Positions 1 to 10,495 of a stretch of 64,000 bases of DNA are shown piece after piece. This stretch comes from an uncultured Gemmatimonadales bacterium. Its GTDB lineage: Bacteria > Gemmatimonadota > Gemmatimonadetes > Longimicrobiales > RSA9. The notes beneath the pieces were generated by a model, which saw only the letters and a program-made list of their open reading frames with translations, did no database searches and was not told where the DNA came from. Made by a program: the position numbers and the translations under genes. Position 1 is the stretch's first letter. Each line of letters starts with the position of its first letter. The DNA lies in the NCBI GenBank assembly GCA_963708135.1, contig OY970192.1, positions 3,904,001 through 3,968,000 of the forward strand. The letters are read 5' to 3'.

Positions 1-945
1 CTCCGGTCCCGTGCGCCCCTCCGGCACCCTGATGCAGGTCACGCACGGCGAGCGGTAGCCCGCCGGCGCCAGGACCGAGACGTCCGCCTTCTCCCGCACC
101 CGCTCGACCCACGACCACGTCGTCTCCGCCATGCGCATGTGCCGCTCCCAGCGCCGCTCGATCCCCTCCTCGTTGATCCGCCGCACCTGCGCCGACAGCG
201 CGTACAGGAGCGAGACCGCCGGCGTGTTCGGCGTCTGGTTCTTCTCGATGTTCTTCTCGAACTCCAGGAAGTCGAAGTAGATGCCGCGGTCCTTCTTCGA
301 TGCCGCCCGCTCCAGGATCGCCTCGTTCGCGACGCCGAACGCGAGCCCCGGCGGCAGCGCCAGCGCCTTCTGCGAGCCCGTCAGCGCGAAGTCGAGCCCC
401 CACCCGTCGGTCTCCAGCGCGCCGCCGCCCACGCTGGACACGCCGTCCACCAGAAGCACCACGTCGCCGGCCGCGTGCACCACCTCCGAGATCTCCCGCA
501 CCGGGTTCAGCACCCCGGTCGACGTCTCCGAGTGCACCACCGTCACCGCGTCGTAGATGCCGCGGCGGAGCGCCTCCTCCACCATCTCCGGCGTGTTCAC
601 CTCGCCGAACGGCACCTCGAGCGGGTCCGCGTCGAGTCCCGTCGCGTTCGCGATCCGGTGGAAACGCTGGCTGAACGCGCCGTTCACCAGCGACAGCACC
701 CGCCGCCGCGCGCCGTTCCGGAGCGCCCCCTCCATGAGCCCCGTGGCCGAGGAGGCGGACAGGTACACCGGCCGGCGCGTGCGGAAGATCTCCTTCAGCC
801 CCGGCTCGATGCCCCCGATCAGCGCCTCCATCTCCTGGACCCGGTGTCCGATCATGGGCTGCGTCATTGCCTCGAGAATCTCCGGCAGGACCTCGGTCGG
901 GCCCGGCAGGAAGAAGCGGCCGAAAGCGGGGTGCGTCGTCGACAT
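1..945 (-). CDS. Class V PLP-dependent aminotransferase (serine-pyruvate/alanine-glyoxylate family), 3' end runs off window
   Basis: Manual translation from ATG 945: MSTTHPAFGRFFLPGPTEV...MIGHR...SATGLMEGA...VHSETSTG...VDGVSS...GSQKALALPPGLAF (PLP lysine motif). Absent from ORF track because truncated. Confidence 0.9.
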   Translation of the reverse strand, partial: MSTTHPAFGRFFLPGPTEVLPEILEAMTQPMIGHRVQEMEALIGGIEPGLKEIFRTRRPVYLSASSATGLMEGALRNGARRRVLSLVNGAFSQRFHRIANATGLDADPLEVPFGEVNTPEMVEEALRRGIYDAVTVVHSETSTGVLNPVREISEVVHAAGDVVLLVDGVSSVGGGALETDGWGLDFALTGSQKALALPPGLAFGVANEAILERAASKKDRGIYFDFLEFEKNIEKNQTPNTPAVSLLYALSAQVRRINEEGIERRWERHMRMAETTWSWVERVREKADVSVLAPAGYRSPCVTCIRVPEGRTGPE

Positions 946-1033
946 GATTCGTTCTCGCGGGTGTCGAAGGGGCGGCGGCTGGCTACGGGACGAAAGTGGC
1001 GGCGGACGAGTGGACCGGCAAGGCTGCCCTCGG

Positions 1034-1133
1034 GTTGAAGGGGCAGGTTCAGGTGGAGGGGCAGGTTCAGGTGGAGGGGACAGGGGCAGAAACGGAAGGC
1101 AGGAGGCATGTTCAGGGGGAGGTGTAGGTGTAT
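1034..1133. repeat. Purine-rich low-complexity repeat (GGGGCAGGTTCAGGTGGA units), inverted partner of 1603-1834
   Basis: Two tandem 18-bp units plus degenerate copies; reverse complement matches CCACCTGAACCTGCCC in 1603-1834. Confidence 0.85.
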
Positions 1134-1194
1134 GGGGCGCAAGGTTGGCGCGTTCCGCCATGGTGGCGCCCGGGGATGGGCCAAGAATCGGGGC

Positions 1195-1596
1195 ATGGCT
1201 TCTCTTCTCGACCACGACCGACTGGAGGTCTACCACTACGCCCTCCAGTTCGACCGGCAGGCGAATGTCCTGCTGCGCACCGCCGGCGTCCGCGGCGACA
1301 AGCGCGACCAGCTCCGCCGGGCAGCGGCCTCGATCGTCCTCAACATCGCAGAGGGGGCTGGAGAGTTTTCGCCCAAGGACAAGGCCAGGTTCTATCGCTA
1401 TGCGCGTCGCTCCGCCACGGAATGCGCTGCCGTCCTCGACCTCCTGATGAACGACTATGGCCTGGACCCCGCGGCCCTCGCCGAGCCGCGGAAATCGCTG
1501 TCCAGCATCATCGCGATGCTGGTGCGGCTACTCCAGACGCTGGATCCCACCATTCCCCGCCGCACCGGAAAGCGGCCACCCCCTTCAGACCCCTGA
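1195..1596 (+). CDS. Four-helix bundle protein (23S rRNA IVP / bAvd-like family)
   Basis: DHDRLEVY...DQLRRAAASIVLNIAEGAG...KARFYRYARRSATECAAVLD family signature. Confidence 0.9.
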   Translation: MASLLDHDRLEVYHYALQFDRQANVLLRTAGVRGDKRDQLRRAAASIVLNIAEGAGEFSPKDKARFYRYARRSATECAAVLDLLMNDYGLDPAALAEPRKSLSSIIAMLVRLLQTLDPTIPRRTGKRPPPSDP

Positions 1597-1602
1597 TCCC
1601 GA

Positions 1603-1834
1603 CCCCCTGAACCTGCACCTCCCCTTCCACCTGAACCTGCCCTCTGCCTTCTGTACCTGCCCCTGCCCCTCAACCTGCCCCTGCCCCTCAACCTGCCCCT
1701 GCCCCTCAACCTGAACCTGCCCTCTGCCTTCAGTACCTGCCCCTGCCTTCTGTACCTGCCCCTGCCTTCTGTACCTGCCCCTGCCTTCAGTACCTGCCCC
1801 TGCCTTCTGTACCTGCCCCTCCCCCTCAACCTGA
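1603..1834. repeat. Tandem array of 18-19 bp units (CCCTGCCCCTCAACCTGC, CCCTGCCTTCTGTACCTGC)
   Basis: Directly visible tandem units downstream of the four-helix bundle gene. Confidence 0.9.
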
Positions 1835-1844
1835 CCCGCGCCGT

Positions 1845-2522
1845 TCACCAACCGCCGAGCCCCCCACGAATGGCTACCTCCATCACCTCCTTCATCCCGC
1901 CGGCCACGAAGTCCGCCCCCTCCACCACCGCCTCGCGCCGAAACACGCCCGTATACGCCGCGAACGCATCCGCGGGCGGCCGCGCCTCGAGGTCCGTCGC
2001 GCCATCGCCGACCACGAGCACCGGCCGCGGGAGCGGCGGCCTGCCGCCCTCCCCCGCCAGCCAGCGCGCGAGCACCTCCGGCTTCCCGCCCGAGCGGGCC
2101 AGCGGCGAGGCGGTGTCGAAGCCGGCGTAGGCGCCGTCGGCAGAGAAGAAGATGTCCACCGCGGCCACGTCGTCGCCTTCGATGCCGAGCTCGCGGCCCA
2201 GGGCGGCGACGGCGGGGCGCAGCCCGCCGGACATGATGCGTACGGCGATGCCCGCCTCCCGTAGCCCCCGGACGAGCGTGTGTGCCCCGGGCTGGAGCGC
2301 GGCGATGTACTGGCTGCCGAGCCTCTCGACGCGCGCCCGGTCGGGCCGCACGATCTCGAGCCGGCGGCCGTAGACCTCCTCGAGCGGCACCTCCCCGCGC
2401 ATGGCCCGCGCCGTGAGCGCCTCGATCTCGGCCTCGTGCGCGCCCGCGGCCAGCGCGTCGATGCCCTCGATCGAGGAGAGGGTGCCGTCGCAGTCGAGGA
2501 CGACGCCGCGGAACGCGCTCAC
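1845..2522 (-). CDS. serB: HAD-IB phosphatase (phosphoserine phosphatase-like)
   Basis: DCDGTLS motif I, SGG motif II, K, VGDGATD motif IV; GTG start overlaps the upstream stop (GTGA). Confidence 0.75.
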   Translation of the reverse strand: MSAFRGVVLDCDGTLSSIEGIDALAAGAHEAEIEALTARAMRGEVPLEEVYGRRLEIVRPDRARVERLGSQYIAALQPGAHTLVRGLREAGIAVRIMSGGLRPAVAALGRELGIEGDDVAAVDIFFSADGAYAGFDTASPLARSGGKPEVLARWLAGEGGRPPLPRPVLVVGDGATDLEARPPADAFAAYTGVFRREAVVEGADFVAGGMKEVMEVAIRGGLGGW

Positions 2523-3982
2523 CGCGCGGCCAGCTCGCGGATCACGTCGTAGACGAACTTCGTGCCGAAGCGGAGGTTCTCGAGGGACACCCGCTCGTCG
2601 TTGCCGTGGACGCCGTGGCTGTCCGCCTCGGTGGTGCGGAACGGATCGAAGCCGTAGCAGTCGATCCCCTTCTCGCGGAAGAAGTGGCAGTCGGTGAAGC
2701 CGGTCTGCATCTCGGACAGCACGAGCGCGCCGGGGTCGTTGCGGAGCGCCACGGTCCGGAGCGCCTGGTAGAGCGGCCCGGTGGTCGGGGACACCGTGGC
2801 CGGCCAGCCGATGCCCTGCGGCTTGACCTCCACGGAGTCGTCGCCGATCACCTGCCGGATCTGCCGCAGGAAGTCGTCCTGGCCCTGCCCGGGCAGCAGC
2901 CGCACATCCAGCGAGGCGTGCGCCTCGGGCGGGATCACGTTCACCTTGTTCGAGGCGCCCAGCATCGTGATGGACACCGTGTTCCTGAGCAGCGCGTTCT
3001 GGAACGGATCCTTCTCGATCTCGGCCAGCCCGACGGGGTCTCTGACCGTGGCCGCGATGTCGGCGTAGAGCGGCCGCAGCTCGGGAGACGCCACCTTCGC
3101 CAGGTCGTGGAAGTAGGCGGCCGTCACGGGCAGCACCTCGACCGGCGTCCGCCACGCGCGGATCCGCTCCAGCGCCCGCACCAGCCGGTTCGGCGCACTG
3201 CCGACCAGCGGCATCGAGGCGTGGCCGGGCCGGCCGTGCGCGACGAGGTCCAGCCAGAACGGGCTCTTCTCCGTGACCGTGATGCCGTAGTAGAGCAGCC
3301 GGCCGTCATCGGCCAGGGAGATGTCGCCGCCCTCGTTCAGAATCGCGCCCGCATCCTTCACCAGCTCGAAGTGGTTCCTCGCGACGTCGCCCGCGCCGAG
3401 CGTCCCGCCCACCTCCTCGTCGCTCGTGGACACGAACACGACGTCCCTGTCCAGCTTCGCGCCCGACCGCTTCAGCGCCAGCAGCGCCTCGAGCTCCGTG
3501 ATCGCCATCCCCTTCATGTCCTGCGCGCCCCGGCCCCACACGTACCCGTCCTTGATCAGCCCCGCGAAGGGATCCACGCTCCAGTACTCGGGCGAGGCCG
3601 GCACCACGTCCATGTGATTGAGCAGCACGAGCGCCGGCTTCTTGCTCGCCGCCGGCAGCGGCGACGGCCAGCGCGCCACCAGGTTCGCCTTCCCCGCCAC
3701 CGGCCCCCACGTCGTGTACTGGATCCCCTCCCGGTCCAGGATGCAGGCCAGGAACGCCGCCGCCTTCGCCTCGTTCCCCGGCGGGTTCGTGGTGTTAACG
3801 TGGATGTAGGCCGATAGCGTCTCCGACGCCTCCTTCTCCACCAACGCCCAGTCCGTCGGGTGCGCCGCGGCCGCCGGCGCGGGCGGCTGCACCTCCGAGC
3901 CGCACGGCTTCTGGGCGGCCGCCGCCGCCGGGAACGCCAGCAGGACGGCCAGCAGCGACAGCGGGGTGCGGCGAGCGCGCAC
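2519..3982 (-). CDS. Secreted M20/M25/M40 family metallopeptidase
   Basis: AAGGAGG RBS before GTG 3982; signal peptide; LNHMDVVP, WGRGAQDMKG, DEEVGG, NEGG, HGNDER motifs. Confidence 0.9.
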   Translation of the reverse strand: MRARRTPLSLLAVLLAFPAAAAAQKPCGSEVQPPAPAAAAHPTDWALVEKEASETLSAYIHVNTTNPPGNEAKAAAFLACILDREGIQYTTWGPVAGKANLVARWPSPLPAASKKPALVLLNHMDVVPASPEYWSVDPFAGLIKDGYVWGRGAQDMKGMAITELEALLALKRSGAKLDRDVVFVSTSDEEVGGTLGAGDVARNHFELVKDAGAILNEGGDISLADDGRLLYYGITVTEKSPFWLDLVAHGRPGHASMPLVGSAPNRLVRALERIRAWRTPVEVLPVTAAYFHDLAKVASPELRPLYADIAATVRDPVGLAEIEKDPFQNALLRNTVSITMLGASNKVNVIPPEAHASLDVRLLPGQGQDDFLRQIRQVIGDDSVEVKPQGIGWPATVSPTTGPLYQALRTVALRNDPGALVLSEMQTGFTDCHFFREKGIDCYGFDPFRTTEADSHGVHGNDERVSLENLRFGTKFVYDVIRELAAR

Positions 3983-4255
3983 GGGTTGCCTCCTTGTCAG
4001 GGATCGGTGGTGAGAGCGGGTGCGGAATGGTGCCGAATACTGCAGGCGCGCCTCCGGCGGCGGCAAGGGACGGCCCACCGCAGAGCTGCGGGCCGCTCCG
4101 GCCGCTCCGGCCGCTCCGGCTCCGCCGCTCGGCGCCCGTCGCGAAGGGGTTGTGCCCCCCTCGCGAAGGATGCAGCTTGGCCGCACGGACGCCCGGAGAC
4201 CGGCCCGGCGGCCACCTCCGCGGCCCCGCGGTTCCCCCAACACCGGAGGCGGCGC

Positions 4256-4873
4256 ATGTCCAACAGGGACGCCCGGCTCGACGCCTACATCGAGGAGGCG
4301 CGCGACTTCGCGCGGCCGATCCTCGTCCATCTCCGCGCGCTCGTCCACGAGGCCGTGCCCGAAGCCGAGGAGACGATCAAGTGGAGCATGCCGAACTTCA
4401 CGGCCGACGGCTCGATCCTCTGCTCCATGGCCGCCTTCAAGGAGCACTGCGCGTTCAACTTCTGGAAGGCCGGCCGCCTGTCGGACCCGGAGGGCATCCT
4501 GAAGCCCACGGGCTCTGAAGGGATGGGCCAGCTGGGCCGCATCACGCGGCTCGAGGATCTCCCTCCGGACGCCGTCCTGAAGGCATACCTGCGGGAGATG
4601 GCCGAGCTCAATCGCCAGCCTTCCGCGCCGCCGCCGAAGCGCGCGCCCAAGCCGCCCGCCGAGGTGCCACCCGACCTGGCCGCCGCGCTCGAGCGCGACG
4701 ACGCCGCGCGCGCCACCTTCGAGGCGTTCTCCCCCAGTCACCGCCGCGAGTACATCGAGTGGATCAGCGAGGCGAAGACAGAGCCGACCCGCAAGAAGCG
4801 CCTCGCCACTACGCTGGCGTGGCTCGCGGAGGGCAGGTCCAGGAACTGGAAGTACGAAGCCGGATCCCGTTAG
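4256..4873 (+). CDS. DUF1801 / YdeI-OmpD-associated family protein
   Basis: DAYIEEARDFARPIL...EETIKWSMP...FKEHC; C-terminal FEAFSPSHRREYIEWISEAKTEPTRKKR. Confidence 0.9.
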   Translation: MSNRDARLDAYIEEARDFARPILVHLRALVHEAVPEAEETIKWSMPNFTADGSILCSMAAFKEHCAFNFWKAGRLSDPEGILKPTGSEGMGQLGRITRLEDLPPDAVLKAYLREMAELNRQPSAPPPKRAPKPPAEVPPDLAAALERDDAARATFEAFSPSHRREYIEWISEAKTEPTRKKRLATTLAWLAEGRSRNWKYEAGSR

Positions 4874-5007
4874 GCGACGTCGTGGCCGCACCCTGTCCGG
4901 CGTTGCGCAAGCCCGCCCACTCCGCCAACTTGTGGGGTGTGCCGCCGGCGGCCCCCGCGCTGCCGCGGGCGGCCAGCGGTCACCCCCACCACCGGAGCAG
5001 TCCCGCG

Positions 5008-5379
5008 ATGATCACGGTCCTCCTCGTCGACGACCAGTTCGAGCTCCGTGCCATCCATACGGCCTACCTGGAGAAGCACGGCATCCGCGTCTTCACCGCC
5101 GCCGACGGCGACGCCGCCCTCGCCGAAGCCCGCGCGCGACGCCCCGACGTCATCATCCTCGACCATTCGCTGCCCTACCGCACGGGCGTGGAGGTGGCGC
5201 GGGAGCTCAAGGCCGACCCCGTCATGGCGGGGACCCCCATCGTCATGATGACGGCCATGACCTACGGCGCCGTGGGCCGCCGTGCCCGCGCCGCCGGCTG
5301 TGCCTCGTTCCTGGCCAAGCCCGTGGCCCCGGCGCGCGTGCTCCAGGAGGTACTCCGCTTCGGGCCGCGGGCCGCCTGA
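5008..5379 (+). CDS. Single-domain response regulator (receiver only)
   Basis: VLLVDD...PDVIILD...P...G...MTA...FLAKP receiver motifs. Confidence 0.9.
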   Translation: MITVLLVDDQFELRAIHTAYLEKHGIRVFTAADGDAALAEARARRPDVIILDHSLPYRTGVEVARELKADPVMAGTPIVMMTAMTYGAVGRRARAAGCASFLAKPVAPARVLQEVLRFGPRAA

Positions 5380-5395
5380 GGGAACGGCAGCGGCC

Positions 5396-5683
5396 GTGTC
5401 GCGCGCCTTCGTCAACGAGGATGCCGGGGACCACGACCGCGGCCTGCGCTGGGAGCTGCCGCCGCCTGACGATCCCTCCTACGACGCCTCCGCCGCCCTT
5501 GCGCTGCTCGAGGGCGCGCGCGACGGCAACGCCCAGGCCGCCGAGGAGGCCACCGGCTACCACTGGGGTGACCCCCAGCTCCACCCCCACGTCCGCCGCC
5601 TCATGGACAAGGAGCTCGAGCGCCCGCTCGGCGAGCAGGACGCTCGCTTCCTGACGCTGGCGAGGCGCTTCCTGCGGGGGTGA
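5396..5683 (+). CDS. Hypothetical protein with SRAFVNE N-terminus
   Basis: GTG start just after the response regulator; N-terminus resembles the MSRAFVxE start of some GreA/GreB-like proteins. Confidence 0.55.
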   Translation: MSRAFVNEDAGDHDRGLRWELPPPDDPSYDASAALALLEGARDGNAQAAEEATGYHWGDPQLHPHVRRLMDKELERPLGEQDARFLTLARRFLRG

Positions 5684-5737
5684 GATCGGGGAGAGCATGC
5701 ATCGGCGCTCCCGCGGCTCCTCGGCTTGCCGGCGCCA

Positions 5738-5777
5738 CTCTCTCTCGCGGAGACGCGGAGGTTCGAGGCTCCGAGGG
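5738..5777. repeat. Inverted partial copy of the dispersed CTCCGCGAGAGAGAG repeat
   Basis: CTCTCTCTCGCGGAGACGCGGAGGTTCG is an approximate reverse complement of 6085-6128. Confidence 0.75.
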
Positions 5778-5783
5778 ATTCGC

Positions 5784-5938
5784 TCAGAGGTTGTGGACCA
5801 TGCGCTTGATGCCGTCCTTCAGGAAGGCGGTGTTGAAGTTGAGCAGGAGGCCGGCAGTAGGTCGAGCAGGCGCAGGTAGGTGAGGAGCTGCCGCTGGTGA
5901 ATCGGCGCGATCGCCTTCACCGATTTCACCTCGACCAC
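5784..5938 (-). pseudogene. C-terminal remnant of a GxxExxY protein with a frameshift
   Basis: VEVKSVKAIAPIHQRQLLTYLRLLDL in one frame continues as GLLLNFNTAFLKDGIKRMVHNL* in another (shift near 5855); N-terminal half missing. Confidence 0.8.
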
Positions 5939-6084
5939 TTCGCGGAGTCGCGGAGAATTCGTTCAAACCGCGCTCGCGCCCGCCCGGCGACCTTACCGGG
6001 GCGATCCATGATTGGGAATCAAACATCCCGCCCGCGCCCCAGCCCCTGACTCGCGCCTCCAGGCTTTCGCCTTTGAAATGGCGT

Positions 6085-6162
6085 CCCTCTGCGCCTCCGC
6101 GAACCTCCCGCGGCTCCGCGAGAGAGAGCCCGACGACGAACCCTCCTCGCGCAAGGAAGCCC
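6085..6162. repeat. 78-bp dispersed repeat, copy 1
   Basis: Ungapped manual alignment to 38691-38768 gives 70/78 identity; a further partial copy follows at about 6161-6184. Confidence 0.85.
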
Positions 6163-6267
6163 CTCCGCGAGAGAGAGTCCGACAATGCCGGCACCCTGGA
6201 TCAGGATGCGCATGGGCCGCCGCTGGTGGTCCCGCCGCAAACGGGCGCGCCAAGGGCGCGGCCCGCG

Positions 6268-6546
6268 CTACACCCGCCTGCCCCGCGAGATCAGGCCCAC
6301 CACCAGCGCGAACAGCGTCGCGCCGAGGACGGCCCAGATCACCGGAAAGGCCTGGCCGCCCACGTTGATCACGAAAACCGCCGGCAGCCCGGCGGCCCGC
6401 GCGATCCACTGGCCGAGCAGCGCACCGATGAAGCCGACGACGATGGAGACCAGGCACCCGCCGAGCGAGTAGCCCGCGATCGACTGGCCGATCGCCCCGC
6501 ACACCGCGGCGATCAGCAACAGGATGAGGAAACCGAGCAGCGTCAT
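6268..6546 (-). CDS. GlsB/YeaQ/YmgE family small membrane protein
   Basis: GGCLVSIVVGFIGALLGQWIA...VIWAVLGATLF, three hydrophobic segments. Confidence 0.85.
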   Translation of the reverse strand: MTLLGFLILLLIAAVCGAIGQSIAGYSLGGCLVSIVVGFIGALLGQWIARAAGLPAVFVINVGGQAFPVIWAVLGATLFALVVGLISRGRRV

Positions 6547-6684
6547 GTCCGCCCTCCCTTCTGCGCCCATGGACCAGCCGCCCCCCGTCGCAAGCCGCGG
6601 GCCCGACCGAGCGACCCCCCGCCCCCGGACCGATTCCTGCAGCCTTCCTCCGCAGCGAACGAACGCACCCACCCCGGAGGGGCC

Positions 6685-6957
6685 ATGCCTACGGATGCCG
6701 AGAAGCGACGCAGGCGCCGCGAGATCCGGCTGCTCCAGAGCGAGTCCACCTGGCTGCAGAAGGCGCTCTTCGCGCTCAGGAAGGCGGAGGCCGCCCACGA
6801 AGACGTGGCGGACCTGCGCGAGGACGATGACGGCGAGCCGATCCGCCTCGCCGTCGATGGCCGCGAGCTGGAGCTGGAGCCCCTCGAGGACGCCATCGAG
6901 GAGCGCGCCCAGATTCTGCTCGACAACGTGCGCCGCATGCGCCGCGAGCTCCGCTAG
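6685..6957 (+). CDS. Hypothetical protein (helical)
   Basis: GGAGG RBS then MPTDAEKRRRRREIRLLQSES; typical codon bias. Confidence 0.65.
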   Translation: MPTDAEKRRRRREIRLLQSESTWLQKALFALRKAEAAHEDVADLREDDDGEPIRLAVDGRELELEPLEDAIEERAQILLDNVRRMRRELR

Positions 6958-7203
6958 CGCCGCACGCCTTTTCGATCGGTCCGGCCCGAGCCGCCCCGCC
7001 GCGCGCCCCATAGGGGTGCGGAGGAATGGTGCCGCATCTCGAGCAGCCCGCTGCCGCGCCCCCATTGACGACACATGCCCGCGACCGAGATCTTCCCCCA
7101 TCCACGGCACCCGTCCGGCCACTGTCATCGAACCCGCGCGCCCTCGCCCACCGCGCCCCCGCGCCACCCGGGCCCCAGCGCGCACCGCCCCGGAGACCAC
7201 CCC

Positions 7204-8732
<1,529 letters not shown>

Positions 8733-8736
<4 letters not shown>

Positions 8737-9281
8737 CCACCGCAGGCGACGCTTCCCCCGCCGACCTCCGCTTCCCGATCGGCCGCTTCGCGCCCGTCCC
8801 GTCGCTCGACGCCGCCGGGCGCGAGGCCGCCATCGCCGCGATCGCCGCCGCGCCGGCGGAGCTCCGCGCGGCCGTGGCGGAACTGGACGACGCGCGGCTC
8901 GACACGCCCTACCGCCCCGGCGGCTGGACGGTCCGCCAGGTCGTGCACCACGTGCCGGACAGCCACATGAACAGCTACGTCCGGTTCCGCCTCGCCCTGA
9001 CCGAGGACACGCCCGCCGTCCTCGCGTACGACGAGGCGGCGTGGGCCGAGCTGTCGGATGCCCGCACCCTGCCGATCGCCGTCTCGCTCGACCTGCTCGA
9101 CGCGCTGCACGAGCGCTGGGTCACGCTGCTCCGCTCCTTCGGCGAGGCGGAGTGGCGGCGCGCCTTCCGCCACCCGGAGCACGGCCTCATCTCGCTCGAG
9201 AAGAACCTCCAGCTCTACGCCTGGCACGGCCGCCACCACGTGAGGCACATCACCGCGCTGCGCGAGCGGATGGGCTGGTAG
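8733..9281 (+). CDS. YfiT/BstA-like DinB-superfamily thiol transferase
   Basis: LRFPIGRF...LDTPYRPGGWTVRQVVHHVPDSHMN...YAWHGRHHVRHI. Confidence 0.9.
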
Positions 9282-9285
9282 CCGC

Positions 9286-10053
9286 GTGCCGGTCGCGGAC
9301 GACCTCCTGTCGCGCTTCTACCCGGCGCTCCTTGCCGGCAACCTGCCCGCCATCGCGGCGCTCTTCGCCGCGCAGCCGCTCATCGAGGACGCGCGCCTCG
9401 GGCTGATCGAGGGCAACGCGGAGCTGAAGGAGTTCGTGCGCGAGGCCGGCGACTGGCTGCGCTGGCAGAAGGCGGCCATCGAGGACGTCGCCACCACGGC
9501 CGACGAGCGCCGCGTGGTCGAGGAGCTGGTGCTCCACCTCGAGGGCGACGAGGGACCGACGGCGCTCCCCGTCGCGGTGGTCGGCGACGTGGCCGGCGCG
9601 GGCTTCACCGCGCTCCGCATCTACCATTCGCTCTGGCCGCTCCTCGGGGCGCACACGCTCCGCATGCCCGTGCTCCCCGGCGCCCCGGGGCTCCGCGTCC
9701 CCGGCGTCACCGGCGAGTACCAGCGCGCGCTCGCCGCAGGCGATGTCGACGGCGTCCTGGCCTGCTTCGAGCCGGATGGCTACGTCCGCGAGCCCGCCGG
9801 CGACGGCTACACTTACCGCGGCGCAGAGGCGCTGCGCGAATTCTACGGCGCCATCCTGGCCGGCGGCGGGATCCCGCTCGAGCACTGCACCATGACCCAC
9901 GATGCGACGCGGACGGTGCTCGAGTACAATGTGCTCCAGTGGGGCGACGTCGCGCTGCCGCCGCAGGCCGGCGCCGCGGTCTACGAGCGGGGCCCCTCCG
10001 GCCGCCTCGCGGCCGCCCGCATCTACGATGATGTGGAGCGGCCGGTCGCCTGA
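9286..10053 (+). CDS. Tandem NTF2/SnoaL-like domain protein
   Basis: Two similar halves (FYPALLAGNLPAIAALF / YQRALAAGDVDGVLACF), ending ARIYDD. Confidence 0.65.
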   Translation: MPVADDLLSRFYPALLAGNLPAIAALFAAQPLIEDARLGLIEGNAELKEFVREAGDWLRWQKAAIEDVATTADERRVVEELVLHLEGDEGPTALPVAVVGDVAGAGFTALRIYHSLWPLLGAHTLRMPVLPGAPGLRVPGVTGEYQRALAAGDVDGVLACFEPDGYVREPAGDGYTYRGAEALREFYGAILAGGGIPLEHCTMTHDATRTVLEYNVLQWGDVALPPQAGAAVYERGPSGRLAAARIYDDVERPVA

Positions 10054-10174
10054 GGCGCGCGGCGACGTGGCCAGGCCCCCGCCGCGGCCGGCTTGCCCGC
10101 CACCCCCCGCAACCCCATCCTTGCCCGCGTCCCCCTGGAGCCATCCGATCCCCGCGGGCGAGGGAGGTAGCCGA

Positions 10175-10495
10175 ATGCTCGTCACGACCATGAACGATGT
10201 TCCCGGCCACGTCGTCACCGAGGTCTTCGGCGAGGTGTTCGGGCTGACGGTCCGGTCGCGGAACGTGTTCTCCACGGTCGGCTCCGCGCTCAAGTCGATC
10301 ATCGGCGGCGAGCTCGGCGGCATGACCAAGATGCTGGCGCAGGGCCGCGAGGAGGCCATGCAGCGACTGGCCGAAGAGGCCCAGGCGCGCGGCGCGAACG
10401 CCATCCTCGCCATGCGCTTCGACACCTCCGAGCTCGGCAAGACGTGGACGGAGATCTGCGCCTACGGCACCGCGGTGAAGATCAACCGGAAGTAA
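10175..10495 (+). CDS. YbjQ/UPF0145 family protein
   Basis: MLVTTMNDVPG...GLTVRSRN...GGEL...R...GANAILAMRFD...EICAYGTAV; GGAGG RBS. Confidence 0.92.
   Translation: MLVTTMNDVPGHVVTEVFGEVFGLTVRSRNVFSTVGSALKSIIGGELGGMTKMLAQGREEAMQRLAEEAQARGANAILAMRFDTSELGKTWTEICAYGTAVKINRK

Noticed and set aside
1195..1596. Diversity-generating retroelement (Avd-like gene)
   Set aside because: No reverse transcriptase or TR/VR pair seen in the window.
1603..1834. Possible CRISPR array
   Set aside because: Units are contiguous with no unique spacers, and no cas genes are present.
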